64,000 nt of DNA, from IMG/VR virus record IMGVR_UViG_3300005512_005684, positions 39,003 to 103,002 of that record; one strand, 5' to 3'. A model generated the notes under the pieces. It searched no databases and had not been told where the DNA came from. It saw nothing but the letters and a program-made list of their open reading frames with translations. Position numbers and translations under genes: made by a program. This DNA is from a virus. Its lineage: Duplodnaviria > Heunggongvirae > Uroviricota > Caudoviricetes. Of the stretch, positions 18,728 to 30,284 are shown in pieces; within the stretch, counting starts at the first letter, position 1, and every line of letters starts with the position of its first letter.

Positions 18728-19405
18728 TTGATATGACATCTGAGCAGAAAGTTAGAGCGAAGTATCCCAAGGCGACGATTGAGAGCCAAAAGACCAACGG
18801 TGGAAAGCGGTACTATCTCGTGCGAAAGGAAAGGGGAGCTTACTCCTACATTGGCGAGGGCAGTACGAAGTCAAAGGCATGGGTAGATGCTGCGAAGTCG
18901 TTGGAAGGTGTTGAGACATGAAGTTGACTCCGCCGCAATCGCGAGCCTTGGTCGTCCTCCGCCAAAACAGGGGTCAATGGATTCTGGCGAGCGAGCATGG
19001 TTTTCATGCTGGTGAGTTGTGGGCTTTGGGTCGGAAGGGAATGTGTGAGCGGCGCGTGAACTTCGAGCGTCACCTTTTTGAGTATCGTTACTTTGAGGGT
19101 AAGCGTCATGGCAGATGACGGTTTGCGGGTGAGAGTTCCCCTTCCGTTTCGATTCATTCTGATTCGACTTTTGTGGCGCTTGTTTTTGTGTCCGTTTGGT
19201 CTTCACCTTTTCGAGTCCACTGGTTCGATTTTCTTTTACATGAACTGCGTGGCTTGTTCCTACTCGTTTCGTGGACAGATAAACTACAAGGACAAGTGAA
19301 GGTGAGTTGCTCATGCAAGGTTTTGCGGCTCTTGGTCTTGCTGTGACTGCGATAGTGCTATCTTTTCTGTTCTTGAGGAGTTTGAAATAGTGGAGAGTCC
19401 GACAG

Positions 19406-19593
19406 ATGCAAGCCGATGATCTCATGTGGGGAGCCGAGCCGCCTTGTGGGGAAGGATGGTTTTTCTGGAAGACGAAAGAGGATTCTGCACCGTGTGTCTG
19501 GCGGGCGTACTACGTGACGACTTGGGAGGGGATCAAGTGATTCCGACCCAGGGAGGTTTGTGGGCGGAGATTGTTTCTACCGATGGAGGTTGA
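19406..19593 (+). pseudogene. frameshifted EGWYFW-domain gene (member 4)
   Basis: EGWFFW...WRAYYV is in one frame and the C-terminal PTQGGLWAEI in another. One extra G in GGGG (19528-19531) would join them. Confidence 0.55.
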
Positions 19594-19934
19594 AGATGGA
19601 GAAAGACAGTGAGAGACATTCGATCTATGTTTTCTCGCTTCCCGATGCTAAGGCAGTGTTCTATGGATATGACCCTTTCGAGGACACTAGACGAAGGGAC
19701 TGGCATATCTGGAAGCCTGGGGACAAGGGCGTACCGGCCAAGGTTGGCTATTTCTGCTGTGTCGATCAGTGTTGGGTCTGTAAGAAGTTGTTCCAGGTTG
19801 GGGACAAGGTTTTTGTGTCCTGTGCGCCACTGAACAACGAGTACTATCACGTGTGTGAGTCATGTGTCCGAGACGAGCTTGCGAAGGCAATAAGTGAGCT
19901 TCAGAAACGGCAACAAGAACTGGGGGTGTAGTCG

Positions 19935-20585
19935 ATGTCACAAGAGGCACCTGATTGTCCGCAGTGTGGGACGAAGTGTACGAGCACCGTTATTCGTGAC
20001 TTTGGTACGTTGACGGCAGACCTTTGGATTTGCCCGAACAGAGAGTGTCGGCACCGATGGTCGAAGCGTTTGTTATCGGCGGATTATATTCCCGAGCCGG
20101 AGCCGGACGTTGAAATGATCGAGTCATACCTAGTTGGTGTGATCCTGGACGAACTTCAGTCGATTGCGGTGCGTTCTGCGGCTGCGAAGATACTCATACG
20201 ACACTTGTGTAGTGAGTTGGAGGCGTTGGACGTGGCGACTCGTCTCGGCCACTTGGGCGACCGGGAAATGATGTGCGTTGTGGTGACAGAGTTGAAAGAG
20301 CATTACGAAGAGTTTGATTGGGAACCGCAAACGGTTTGGGTGGTGGCTGAAATGTTGCCGTTTCGTGAGTCGGGTGAGCCGGAGCCGAAAGACGAAATGG
20401 AACGGTTCCGCAGCATTCTGAATCGGATGCGCGGGACTCGGATTCGAGACTTGCTTGACGAGGGTGAGTTGAAGACGTTAGTTCTCGTGCGTACACAGTC
20501 GGAGAAAGAGGCCGTCGAGTGTGTGAAGAGGATTGCTGAGGAACACCATATCACGTTAAGCATAGCGGAGTATGGTACGGCGTGA
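19935..20585 (+). CDS. Zn-ribbon-containing hypothetical protein
   Basis: CPQC...CPNREC; tiling. Confidence 0.55.
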   Translation: MSQEAPDCPQCGTKCTSTVIRDFGTLTADLWICPNRECRHRWSKRLLSADYIPEPEPDVEMIESYLVGVILDELQSIAVRSAAAKILIRHLCSELEALDVATRLGHLGDREMMCVVVTELKEHYEEFDWEPQTVWVVAEMLPFRESGEPEPKDEMERFRSILNRMRGTRIRDLLDEGELKTLVLVRTQSEKEAVECVKRIAEEHHITLSIAEYGTA

Positions 20586-21779
20586 CTCGACAGGGAAGAG
20601 TTGCAAGAGCACCGAATCTATTGTCACGTGGATACCACGGAGGAGTGGTCGGACAAAAACCGTTTCTTGAAGATCGTCGAGGAAGCGGTAGGAACCGAGT
20701 ATGTGAAGTCAGTCGAGAACATGCCTGACGATTTGCTCGTGGTCGTGGTGCGGAGTGAGAATGGGCAGAGGGCGTGCGAGTTCGTAGCTCGGATGGCGAA
20801 GGTCAACGAGGTGGAGTTGCGGTCGGTTACGCTCGTGGAAGAGGAAGAGAGAGGTGTGGAAGGGGAGGGTGGTTCTACTCCTACGGAGGTTGAACAATGA
20901 GTCGAATCGAATGGACTTGGAGAGAGTTGAACTTTGACGAGGTAGACTTCGAGGATAGCTCGTGGTCGAGTATTTGACGTGTGCTCACTACGTGAGCACT
21001 GGCTACATACACAATCTAAGCCGACTCTCCATTCCGGGGAGCCGGAGGAAGATACGTGTCGGTTTCCTGGTGGTATTGATTTCACGAAACAGGGAGGAAA
21101 GGTCATGCAGGCCACCCGAGTTCGCAAGTTTCTCATTCATTTGAGTCGAGAAGAATCCGAGCGCCTTCAGTCGTTGGTGCCAAAGGCCGAGACTCATTGT
21201 ACATGTTTCATTGTTCATGATTTGTTCAAGACTACGGTTCTGGACTGTTCCGGCATCTTGACCTTTGCGTCTTACAATGATCGTGTGGGCATGTACTTCG
21301 TCGAAGCGACGGTGAAGCGAAGGGCGGTCGAAGAGATCATCAGGAAGGCACTCGCTCAGGTAGTCGAGGACTTTTACGATGAATGACAGAGAGCCAGACG
21401 TGAAGGTGGTCATGGGCACGAAGGCGAAGTGCGAGTATTGTGGTGAAGAGATCGAGTATGTGGGGTCGTACTGGAGACATACTCAGTTTTCGCCGCGGCA
21501 CATTGCGTTGCCGAAGCAAGGGACGTTTGACTATTCGCGTTTCGAGAAACGTGAGGGGGAGTGAATGCTCGGTGGTCATAACAGAGGGAAGAAAAAGTGG
21601 ACTGACGGCACCTTCCGGCCTGGGAAGTTGAAGACTCGCTTGCGGGCGGGTTGTTTAGATACTGATCGGTGTGATCGTTGTGACGAATGTCTTGGTTTTG
21701 TGGTCTGGGTCTGGGAACATGGAGACGTGTGGTGCACCAAGTGTGCTCGGATCAAAAGTGTAAAGAGGGAGAAAAGGCC

Positions 21780-22298
21780 ATGATACTTCGTTTGTCTATG
21801 GTTTCATTGACACTGGTATTCATTGTTGCCTGCGAGAATCCTAACGACGTGCGAGCAACGCGGACATCCGCGCCCAGGTTGACGGTGGTCGAGGTCAAGT
21901 GCCATCTGCCGTTGGCGAACAAGTGGGTATCGGAGGTGCGGTTGTCGAGTGAGAAAGACGACGTGGTGGAACCTCACGACCCGGAGCTTATCGAGTGTGG
22001 TGACGACCAAGTGCATCTGGAGGTTCGGGTGAAGGCTCCGGTTGAGCAGTTTGACTGTCCGGTGACGAGCCTGATCTCTCATGACGATGTGTTGGGCACC
22101 GAGGTTTGCGTTTCGTGTCGTCACAAGTTGGAAATGGTAGGTGGAATGCCGCCTAAAAAGTGTGAAGCGTGCGGTGTGGTGTTCCAGTGGGTTCGATACA
22201 GCAAAGGGGTATGGAGTGTTTCAAAAGCGGATCATGTCGAACCTGAAGAGACTGAAGAGACTGAAGAGACTGAATCTCCGGCTGCAAACGGGGAGTGA
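21780..22298 (+). CDS. putative lipoprotein
   Basis: Hydrophobic N-terminus ending FIVAC, which is lipobox-like. Confidence 0.4.
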   Translation: MILRLSMVSLTLVFIVACENPNDVRATRTSAPRLTVVEVKCHLPLANKWVSEVRLSSEKDDVVEPHDPELIECGDDQVHLEVRVKAPVEQFDCPVTSLISHDDVLGTEVCVSCRHKLEMVGGMPPKKCEACGVVFQWVRYSKGVWSVSKADHVEPEETEETEETESPAANGE

Positions 22299-22978
22299 AA
22301 CAGTGAGCAAGCCTGAGTTCCCGGAGTGTCGTTACATAATCGCTACCATTTGCTGCATAATCATCATGTGTGCTTGTGGCATTAACAAGAATCATGAAGG
22401 GGTACTTGTGGGGGTGACCGGAGTAGTAGTCTTTCGTGTTCTACGTTGGTTTCACTACCGCTGGTTTCAGCGATGGGAGAGTAGACAATGATCGTTAAGT
22501 GGTGTGTTTTGAGAGTTGACGGGAAGTGGTGTGCGAAGGCTCACCAAAACTCTGCTTCGAGGTCGGACATTCACACTGTGTGTGGTCGCGTCCTGAACGA
22601 GTACCGGAACATAGCGTATGCCCGAGTGACGTGTCCCGAGTGTCTCAAGGGGTTGAACAGTGAGTAAGAGCAACCTTCCTCCGTGTCCATTCTGCGGCTC
22701 GTTGAATGTGGGGCGAAGTTCTGAGATTCGTGGTTCACTCTCCGCTTGGAGAGCCAGGCTCACGAGCTTATGTGGGAGACTGAAGAGGAAGGGGAGCTTC
22801 GTGAGGCGCGGAACCAACGTCTCAAGGCTGAGTATGATTTGCAGACAGAGATCATTATTCAAGGGAAAGGGACCCCGCCGATAGCTCCGATGTGTTCGGC
22901 TGAGGTCTCCGAGTGGGCGGCGCAGTATGAGAAAGACGTTGAACATGGTGCGTACTCGAAGGGTCAAACTCCGAAGGG

Positions 22979-23581
22979 GTGAGAATGAGAAACTGGCTTG
23001 CTGACAAGACCATTATCGTTTGCCATTCGCCGCAGTTCGTGTTCGTGAAGGCCCCGCGCACAGGCGGGACATCGATCTTCCAGGGCGCGTTACAGAGGCA
23101 GATGGGCTTAGACTTGTGGACACGCTCGTCGAATGAAGACGAGTTCCTGCATTGGGTCGAGAACACGTCGGTATTGTGGCATGGATACGATAGCTTCACG
23201 GTGGTACGGAATCCTTACGACCGTGTGGTCTCGATCTACATGTACGCGATACGGGCGCGGATGGAAGGGGTATCGTTTCGGGATTTCGTGTTGAACTTTG
23301 CCAAGTACGACGAAGACCCGTTTGTGGCCTTCCATCGACGTTCTTGCTTTGAGCACGTGTACAACGGTCATTGGGCGGTGGTGAGTCGCAACTTTAAGTT
23401 TGAGACTTTGACAGAGGACTTTCACCGGTTTTGCGAAGACAAGGGGCTTCCGAAGGTTGAGTTGCCGCACATAAGCAAGACGGATCGTGGACATTATCGA
23501 GAGTACTACGACGACGAGACTCGGGAGGCCGTGGCGGCTGAGTATGCGAAAGACTTGAGGATGTTTGGGTATCAGTTTTAG
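22979..23581 (+). CDS. sulfotransferase family 2 protein
   Basis: FVKAPRTGGTSI (5'-PSB), TVVRNPYDRVVS (3'-PB), FKFETL, YREYYDDET...DLRMFGY. Confidence 0.9.
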   Translation: MRMRNWLADKTIIVCHSPQFVFVKAPRTGGTSIFQGALQRQMGLDLWTRSSNEDEFLHWVENTSVLWHGYDSFTVVRNPYDRVVSIYMYAIRARMEGVSFRDFVLNFAKYDEDPFVAFHRRSCFEHVYNGHWAVVSRNFKFETLTEDFHRFCEDKGLPKVELPHISKTDRGHYREYYDDETREAVAAEYAKDLRMFGYQF

Positions 23582-23802
23582 GAGACGTAAGGATGGACGA
23601 AGACGACGAACCTTTGAAAACCAAATCTCTGTATGGTTTGGCTGGAGAAATGTTTCAGGGGTTGCACGAGTTGGGTGTGTGTGCTTCGACCTCGAAGACA
23701 GTGGAGAGTTGTCTTTGTGAAAGGTGTGTGAAGGCTAAGAGGTCGTTTTTCCGCGGTCCTGGAGAACCGTTGAATTCAGATCAAACTATGGAGAACTAAG
23801 TC

Positions 23803-24357
23803 ATGCCGTTTCCGAGAAACTCACCGTTACATGATCCATTGGCTGCGATTCGGTTCCCGGATGCAGAGCGCAGTCTCCGTGAAAATCTGTTGAAGGCTCG
23901 TGCCCTGAACGATCCGATGTTACGTACCTCGGATGGTGAAGAGGCGTTCCTGAAGGGTTGTGAGGCCATACAGGACGATGAACATGCCCGAGAGGTTGAA
24001 CGGGAGAAACGGCAGCGTGGGTTGAAAAAGCCGGGGCTTCCATGTGCCGAGTCGAACGATTGGGAAGAGGTCGTCTTTGAGGATGACGAGCCAACGTATT
24101 TCGACAACGAGTACTTCGGTGTCCCTCGGTCTTACGATGTGTATGTGTACCGAGACGACGGTCAGATTGTCAACGTGGACGTTGGACATTGTGGCGGGAA
24201 GTTTCTGATCCCGGTGCTTACCGAAGAGGACTGGGGAAAGTCGGAAGAGGAAATCAAAGCAATGTTGATTGCGGTTTCTGAGGCCCCGCATCGGAGCGTG
24301 GTGTTCAAGCGTGGAGATCGTATCGGTTTTGTGGTCATAGACAGTGGGGTTGTGTAA
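23803..24357 (+). CDS. hypothetical protein with dUTPase-like C-terminal fragment
   Basis: VDVGHCG and FKRGDRIGFVVI weakly resemble trimeric dUTPase motifs 3 and 4. Confidence 0.35.
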   Translation: MPFPRNSPLHDPLAAIRFPDAERSLRENLLKARALNDPMLRTSDGEEAFLKGCEAIQDDEHAREVEREKRQRGLKKPGLPCAESNDWEEVVFEDDEPTYFDNEYFGVPRSYDVYVYRDDGQIVNVDVGHCGGKFLIPVLTEEDWGKSEEEIKAMLIAVSEAPHRSVVFKRGDRIGFVVIDSGVV

Positions 24358-24972
24358 ATGAAGCTGATAAAGCCTTCGGAACTAGCTGAGCAGTTGCAGG
24401 TTTGTGAGGCAACGATTCACCGTTGGTCTCGGGACGGGAAGTTGCCATTTTCACCAGTTGGTCGGCAGCGATGGTACAATCTGAAGCTCGTGATCCGAAC
24501 CCTCACGAAACCGGCGAAGCCTAAGACGAAGATGAAACGAAGACAGGGGGATATGTGGGAGGATGTTCAGGCGGATGCGGTATGTGTAACTACGAACGGG
24601 ATAGTTGGCAAGGGTGGTCGAGCGATTATGGGAGCCGGTGTAGCGTTACAAGCTCGCAAGCGGTATCGGAACCTCCCTCGCGTGTTAGGGTCTCGACTCA
24701 GTTGCTATGGAAACCACGTCTTTCTCTTGAGGAAGAGGGAAGGTGAACCATGTATCGTGTCTCTTCCCACAAAGGAACACTGGAAGGATCCATCCAGTTT
24801 GGAGTTGATTGATAGGAGTTGTCGTCAGCTTCGGAACATGACAGATGACAAAGGGTGGAAGCGGGTGTGTGTGCCGCGACCTGGGTGTAACAACGGCGGG
24901 TTGGACTGGAAGGATGTCAGACCAATCCTACGGAGGTATTTTGATTCGAGATTCGTGGTCTATTACTTGTGA
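24358..24972 (+). CDS. excisionase/MerR-like HTH fused to a macrodomain
   Basis: PSELAEQLQVCEATIHRW...RWY; GDMW...AVCVTTNG...MGAGVA...LPTKEHW...PRPGCNNGGLDW. Confidence 0.8.
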   Translation: MKLIKPSELAEQLQVCEATIHRWSRDGKLPFSPVGRQRWYNLKLVIRTLTKPAKPKTKMKRRQGDMWEDVQADAVCVTTNGIVGKGGRAIMGAGVALQARKRYRNLPRVLGSRLSCYGNHVFLLRKREGEPCIVSLPTKEHWKDPSSLELIDRSCRQLRNMTDDKGWKRVCVPRPGCNNGGLDWKDVRPILRRYFDSRFVVYYL

Positions 24973-26420
24973 GGTGTGGTCATAATCAAGAGTTGTGTCA
25001 AGAGTGTGTCACGAGGTTGCGAGAGTTCCTGAGTGGTGAAACGTTCCATGACGACAACCGCCTGGAGCTTTGCGACCTGAGTGTGCTAGAGGTCATTCGT
25101 ATCTTGCGTGAGCAAGAGGGAGAGAACTGGATTCATTCTATGACAGTAATGATGGTGCCGGGGAGAGACGCGCCGGTGAAGTGGGGGCATTTCGGTTTTG
25201 GACTTCATGTACGAAACTGGATGCGTCAAAATGGCTTCGGAGAACGGGAGTTAGGAGTGGTGGGTAGCCTTGACGATGTGTATGTTTCGTTCCTGGAGGA
25301 AGCGGCGGAGGTTGAATCATGAAGTGTCCTGAGTGTGGCTCGAAGAACGTGGTTCACGCGAGAGGTGTTCTCCTGAATGAGACGGAGAAACCGATCATGG
25401 ATACCATTCCAGCAAAGTGTTTGGATTGTGGTCATGAAGGGGAAGCGCACGTGTTCGGCTTCCCGGACGTTGAACCGTGTCCACGAGATCATGAGGATGG
25501 ATGCTCGCGAGAGGTTCTTAATACCACCGGCTATTGAGGGACTCCATGATGCCGATTGACCCGGAGTTGAAGAAACGACTGCATGTTGTCGATGTGAGAG
25601 AGGTGAAGACATGATCCGAGTCTGGTACCTGGTTGTTGACAGGAACATTGGGTTTTCACTTGCACCTGGCAACGTTGCCGATTCGATAGGTGACAGGCGA
25701 GCGAGTGCTACGGTGTCGATGCTTTTCGAGGAAAGACCGATTGCTGACGGCGTTCAGATGTTCCGTCGCTTCGCGTTGACGATCATCGAAATGCTGACGT
25801 ACTGGAATCCAGAGGACATTCGTCGCACTGGTTTCGAGTTCATTCAGATGCCCAAAAACGTTGTGAGCTATTCCGAGCCGCCGACAATGGTTTCTACTGG
25901 AGGGTGAAATGTCTGACTGGATCAAGGAAGCCGCGGAAGAGATCGAGAGATTCAACCGTGAGATACCGACAAAACACTACATGTGTCATGGTGATCCTCA
26001 CTCGTACAAGTCTGAGATTTCGGCGGAGCAGGTAGAGGAAATCTTGCGGAAGCACGTGTCGAGTCCGTGGCGATCTTCAATCACCGGCGCTAGTTCCTTG
26101 GAGAACGGAACGCGAGTGAGGTTTGCGATTGCTTCGACACGGACAATTGTTGACGGTGAAGTGATCGGTTCGTTCATGAACGGACAGGTCTTGCAGGTTC
26201 GGGCGGATGGAACGGTATACGAGTTGCCGTTGGTTCACGTTCTTGGTTCGTCAGAGCAAAAGGCGAGGTGTATAACTTTCTGTGCATCTTGCGGCAGTTA
26301 TGTCCTTCACCTTGACCTGCAACTGACTGACGAGGAAATGAAAGAGTCTCGTTGTCCTGAGTGTGGGGAATCGGTTGAGTTCGCTTGGGCGGTGTCATGT
26401 ACTCCTGGGGATACAGAGAC

Positions 26421-27434
26421 ATGTTGAAGATTCTCTTCGTAACGCCAAGTGCCCGTACGACCATTGCCAAGAGCACGGAAGCATTTCGTACTGGTCTGCG
26501 AGCCATGTTTGACACGCGATTCTTTGGCAGGGGATACGGGGGTTATCGAGAGGGGTTGAAGACTTACCAGGAGATCATTGATCTTACTTTCGGTGAGACG
26601 CCGGATGTTATGATTGTTGGTTTCTATGGAAGCGACCGTGGTCGAGCGAACTGGTGGGAAATGGCACCGATGCCGTATGAGGGACTCCCCGAGGTTGACT
26701 GCTTGAAGTTCATTGTCCTTACAGACTACTGGCATTACCGGGGGGTAGAGAGGGAAGTTGCCAACATGTGGTGGGAGCGCGGTGTCAACGCTGCTTTAAC
26801 GAATTTCTCCGGGGCGATACCGTGGTACCTAGGGAGTCCGTTCAAGGATCGGTTGTTTTGTGTCCCTCTGAGTTTCGATCCGCAGATTTTCAATTGGCGT
26901 CGTCTGGAAAAGAAGTACGACATTGGTTTTCTGGGGGCGGGCACGACTGAGGAGAGACGGATATACCCAGAGCGGTTCAGGATTCACCGTAGGTTGTTGG
27001 CGACTGGTTACGAGTACCTTTGGTCGGAACATCCAGGGGCGACGCGTCAATACGAGAATGAGGAGCACCCGCTGGTCGGAGTTGGTTTCTCGAATCGAAT
27101 CGGTGAGTGTAAACTCTTTGTGAACACTGCGGGACAGTGGTTTCATACGAATCCGAAGTACATTGAGATCATGGCTTCAGGCACGTGTATGTTGGCGCAG
27201 AAGCCTGAAGACACGGAGTTACTTCGTTTGGAGGACGGAGTGAACTACGTGAAGCTCGACGAGGAGCACTTGGAGGAGCAGGTTGCTTACTACTTGGAGC
27301 ATGACGAGGAACGCGAAGCGATTGCTCGGGCGGGTTACTTGACGGCTATGAGACACCACACTTGCTATGCGCGTGCGATAGATTTCCTGGAGGCGATCAA
27401 ACCAGTGCTTCCTCAGTTTCGGAGACTGAAATGA
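26421..27434 (+). CDS. glycosyltransferase, GT-B fold (Glyco_trans_1_2/CgeB-like)
   Basis: YDIGFLG, NPKYIEIMASGTCML, DGVNYV, YYLEHDEEREAIARAG...HHT. Confidence 0.85.
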   Translation: MLKILFVTPSARTTIAKSTEAFRTGLRAMFDTRFFGRGYGGYREGLKTYQEIIDLTFGETPDVMIVGFYGSDRGRANWWEMAPMPYEGLPEVDCLKFIVLTDYWHYRGVEREVANMWWERGVNAALTNFSGAIPWYLGSPFKDRLFCVPLSFDPQIFNWRRLEKKYDIGFLGAGTTEERRIYPERFRIHRRLLATGYEYLWSEHPGATRQYENEEHPLVGVGFSNRIGECKLFVNTAGQWFHTNPKYIEIMASGTCMLAQKPEDTELLRLEDGVNYVKLDEEHLEEQVAYYLEHDEEREAIARAGYLTAMRHHTCYARAIDFLEAIKPVLPQFRRLK

Positions 27435-29885
27435 AAATCATGAGTTGGGAAAGGCAAGAGGCGTTGACCGTGCCGAGAGTGGAACGTTGTATACTCCACT
27501 GTACTGATATGAGGGGTGACATCGTTTCATGCGACTGGCGTGAACATGGAAGGGACTGGAAGATTGGTCTAGTGGAAGAGTTGCCGGGTGAGGTAGAACG
27601 TCTCAAGGAAGCTCTTGAAAAGATGCCACACGCTGGCGAGGGGGTTGTGAGGATGATCGAAGTGAAACGAGGTTGTAGATATTGGTCTTCACAACGATCA
27701 TACGAGTTTGGTTTAGGTGTTGTGGTTTTCCTCGGACCTCCTTTCAGTCAAGATAACCTGACGGAAAACGTTGGTCGGGAAGTGATAGTAAAGACAGGGC
27801 ATTCGGTACGTATCGGTGACGATAACACTCGTGTGTTCGTCAAACCTGGGTCGAGAGGGAAGGTATCTACGTTCCATGCTCATGATCAATTCTCTCCCCT
27901 TACTTACTTCAACTGCGAGTTTGATTTGGGGCCGATTGAGGTCGTTGTTCCGATGCTCTATACCAACGTGGTGTTACAGGGCGAAAAGCCTGGTTCTTTT
28001 GCTCTTGCTGCTTCGGGGCCGCAGGCGGCGACGTTGAGAGACGTTACTCCAGGACCGCCTCCTGGTATATGCGAGTGTCACGGTACGGAAGATTGCCCGG
28101 CTGCAAAGTGGAGCACACCATGAAGAGTAGGATCGGTGAGACAGTAATCCACCGGTGGGACGGCTTGAAGAGGAAGCTCAAGGTCGTTGACGAGTTCTAT
28201 TGGTTCGGTAACCTGAAGCTCGTGTGTGTCGGTGAAGACGCGCGTATGAAAGACTGGCATTGGGAGTTTGAAAGTGTCGAGTGACTTGGAACAAGAGCTT
28301 GCGAAGCCGAATCGCCTTGTTCGCTTTTTGCGAACAAGGCGAAGTTCTGGCGTCCTCGGTGTGACAGGTCTTTGGTCGGTGAGTATGGGAAGTGTCCGAC
28401 GTGTGGCTGGAAGGGGAAGCGACGAAAGGAGTGACGATGCAATACACGTGTCCGTCGTGTGGCATGATTGGAGTACACCCGAGTGATTTGCCGCCGCCGA
28501 AGTGTCACGAGTGCGATTTTAAGGTGACCATGAAGCCGTCGAGCCACCGAATGTTAGAGGCGGCAGAGGGAATGTCTGAGGTTCTTAATCGAACGTGGCC
28601 AGTAATGAAAGGAGAGACCATGTTTCAAGTTCGCTACGTTATTACGGATGCGACAGATTTGCAGTTCGTGCTAGACGATGAACAGCGAGGGGAACTTGAC
28701 GTAAGAGAACAGCTTCCGGCGTTCTTGCGAGTCAGTTACGGACACAAGATCATGACGGATGGATCGGTGTTGTTCAAGGATGAGGCGCTTACCATCGTGT
28801 CAATGTTGACGGGTCTTACACCTTCGGATGTAGCACTCCGTGGCTACGTGTTCATTAAGATGCCGGAGGCCAAGATTACGGTGAGCCTTCGGGGACAGGA
28901 GGGATAAATGGCTGTCGAGTTCATTACGGACGTAGGAGAACCGATCTTCGACGTGGGCACGGAGTTCCCCGCGTTCTATTTCACGGGCACTTGTCTAGTT
29001 AAGGCAGACCCGACTGCGAGTGGACGCTTTAAGTTGCCGATGTTCGGCGTAGACGTTGAGTGGTTTCGCAATCTCTCGACTTGGGTGGAGATTGTTACTC
29101 GTCTTGTGCCCTGGGGACACATACGATTGGTTTTGTCACCGGGTGGCAGCAAGGTCGGTGTGCTTGTGACAGGGGAGACGGAGAGACTGGAGGGTCTTGC
29201 CCATGCCGACTGATTTGATTCTCCAGCGAGCCGCAGCTTGCTTTGTTGAGTGGCTTGAAAAGGAAGCAGCCTCTTCGTGGGAGAGAATTCCTGACGGGAC
29301 TGGTTCGTGGCACCAACCCGAGAAAACGATGTACCGGGCTTGCTCGGTGTTGCTGAGCGAGATACCTAAGTTCCGCGAAGAGGTGCTCTCGAATCGGTTG
29401 CTGAGTCGAGACGAAGCATTGTGGGTACTGCGTAATGCACACGAGTGGTTTAGGAAGTTTCTTTCGACGCAGGAAGGCTTGGACGTGTTCGACTTGAACT
29501 ACAAGTTTCATTACGAAGCGGTGACCATGTGACAGGGGAGAGCTATGAGTGTTAAGGTGAGAGTACACGCGTTGTCTGACAATTCGGAATGGAGTCTCTA
29601 CAAGCCGGATTGTCCAGGTGTCCTATACTTCAACGGGAGACACTTCGTTCTACCAATGGAAGGAAGCGCTCGCTTCCTATTGCCGTTGTACGAGCCGACG
29701 CTGGACATGATGGGAAACTTGGCGAGGTACATGTTGGTGATTCATGATTCGGTGTCGGAGGGGGAGCTTCACTGGGTAGCGAAGCGCGGGCGACTCGGTG
29801 TCTATGTATTCGGAAATACCGAAAGGTTGGTTGAGGTGGGTGGACAAACTGTTAGTGAAGTTAATCCAAACAGGGAGGAAAAGCC

Positions 29886-30284
29886 ATGTTGATTAGACGT
29901 ATTCCGATTGAAGTTGTCACTGGCGGTCAATGGGAGTTACTTCGTGACCAGGTGTTGCAGTTGGTATCCAAGCATCATTCGAGTGAGTCTGGGGAACTTG
30001 ACTCCATACTCATAGGCGTGGCTGGCAAGGTAGAGTCTCCGGCCATACACACGATGGTGGCGAAGTGGGATCGTGGTGAAATAGATCGTGGCGACTATGT
30101 GCGTGTGACTGGGGACGGGGAGAACTACTGTGGCATGGTGGTTGGTATTGATGGTGGGGAGCTTGATGTTGAAACCATTTCCGCTGAGATTGACGAAATG
30201 GAAGTTCGCACAGTGAAGGTTGGGGAACGTAGGGTGGAAGTCCTCCATAGGGTGGGAGTGCACGCGACTAAGGACATCAGTTAA
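29886..30284 (+). CDS. protein with C-terminal SH3/KOW-like domain
   Basis: GDYVRVT...CGMVVGID shared with 42577 and 42863. Confidence 0.45.
   Translation: MLIRRIPIEVVTGGQWELLRDQVLQLVSKHHSSESGELDSILIGVAGKVESPAIHTMVAKWDRGEIDRGDYVRVTGDGENYCGMVVGIDGGELDVETISAEIDEMEVRTVKVGERRVEVLHRVGVHATKDIS

Noticed and set aside
22243-22274. 9-nt tandem repeat encoding ETEETEETE
   Set aside because: Ordinary low-complexity acidic tail.
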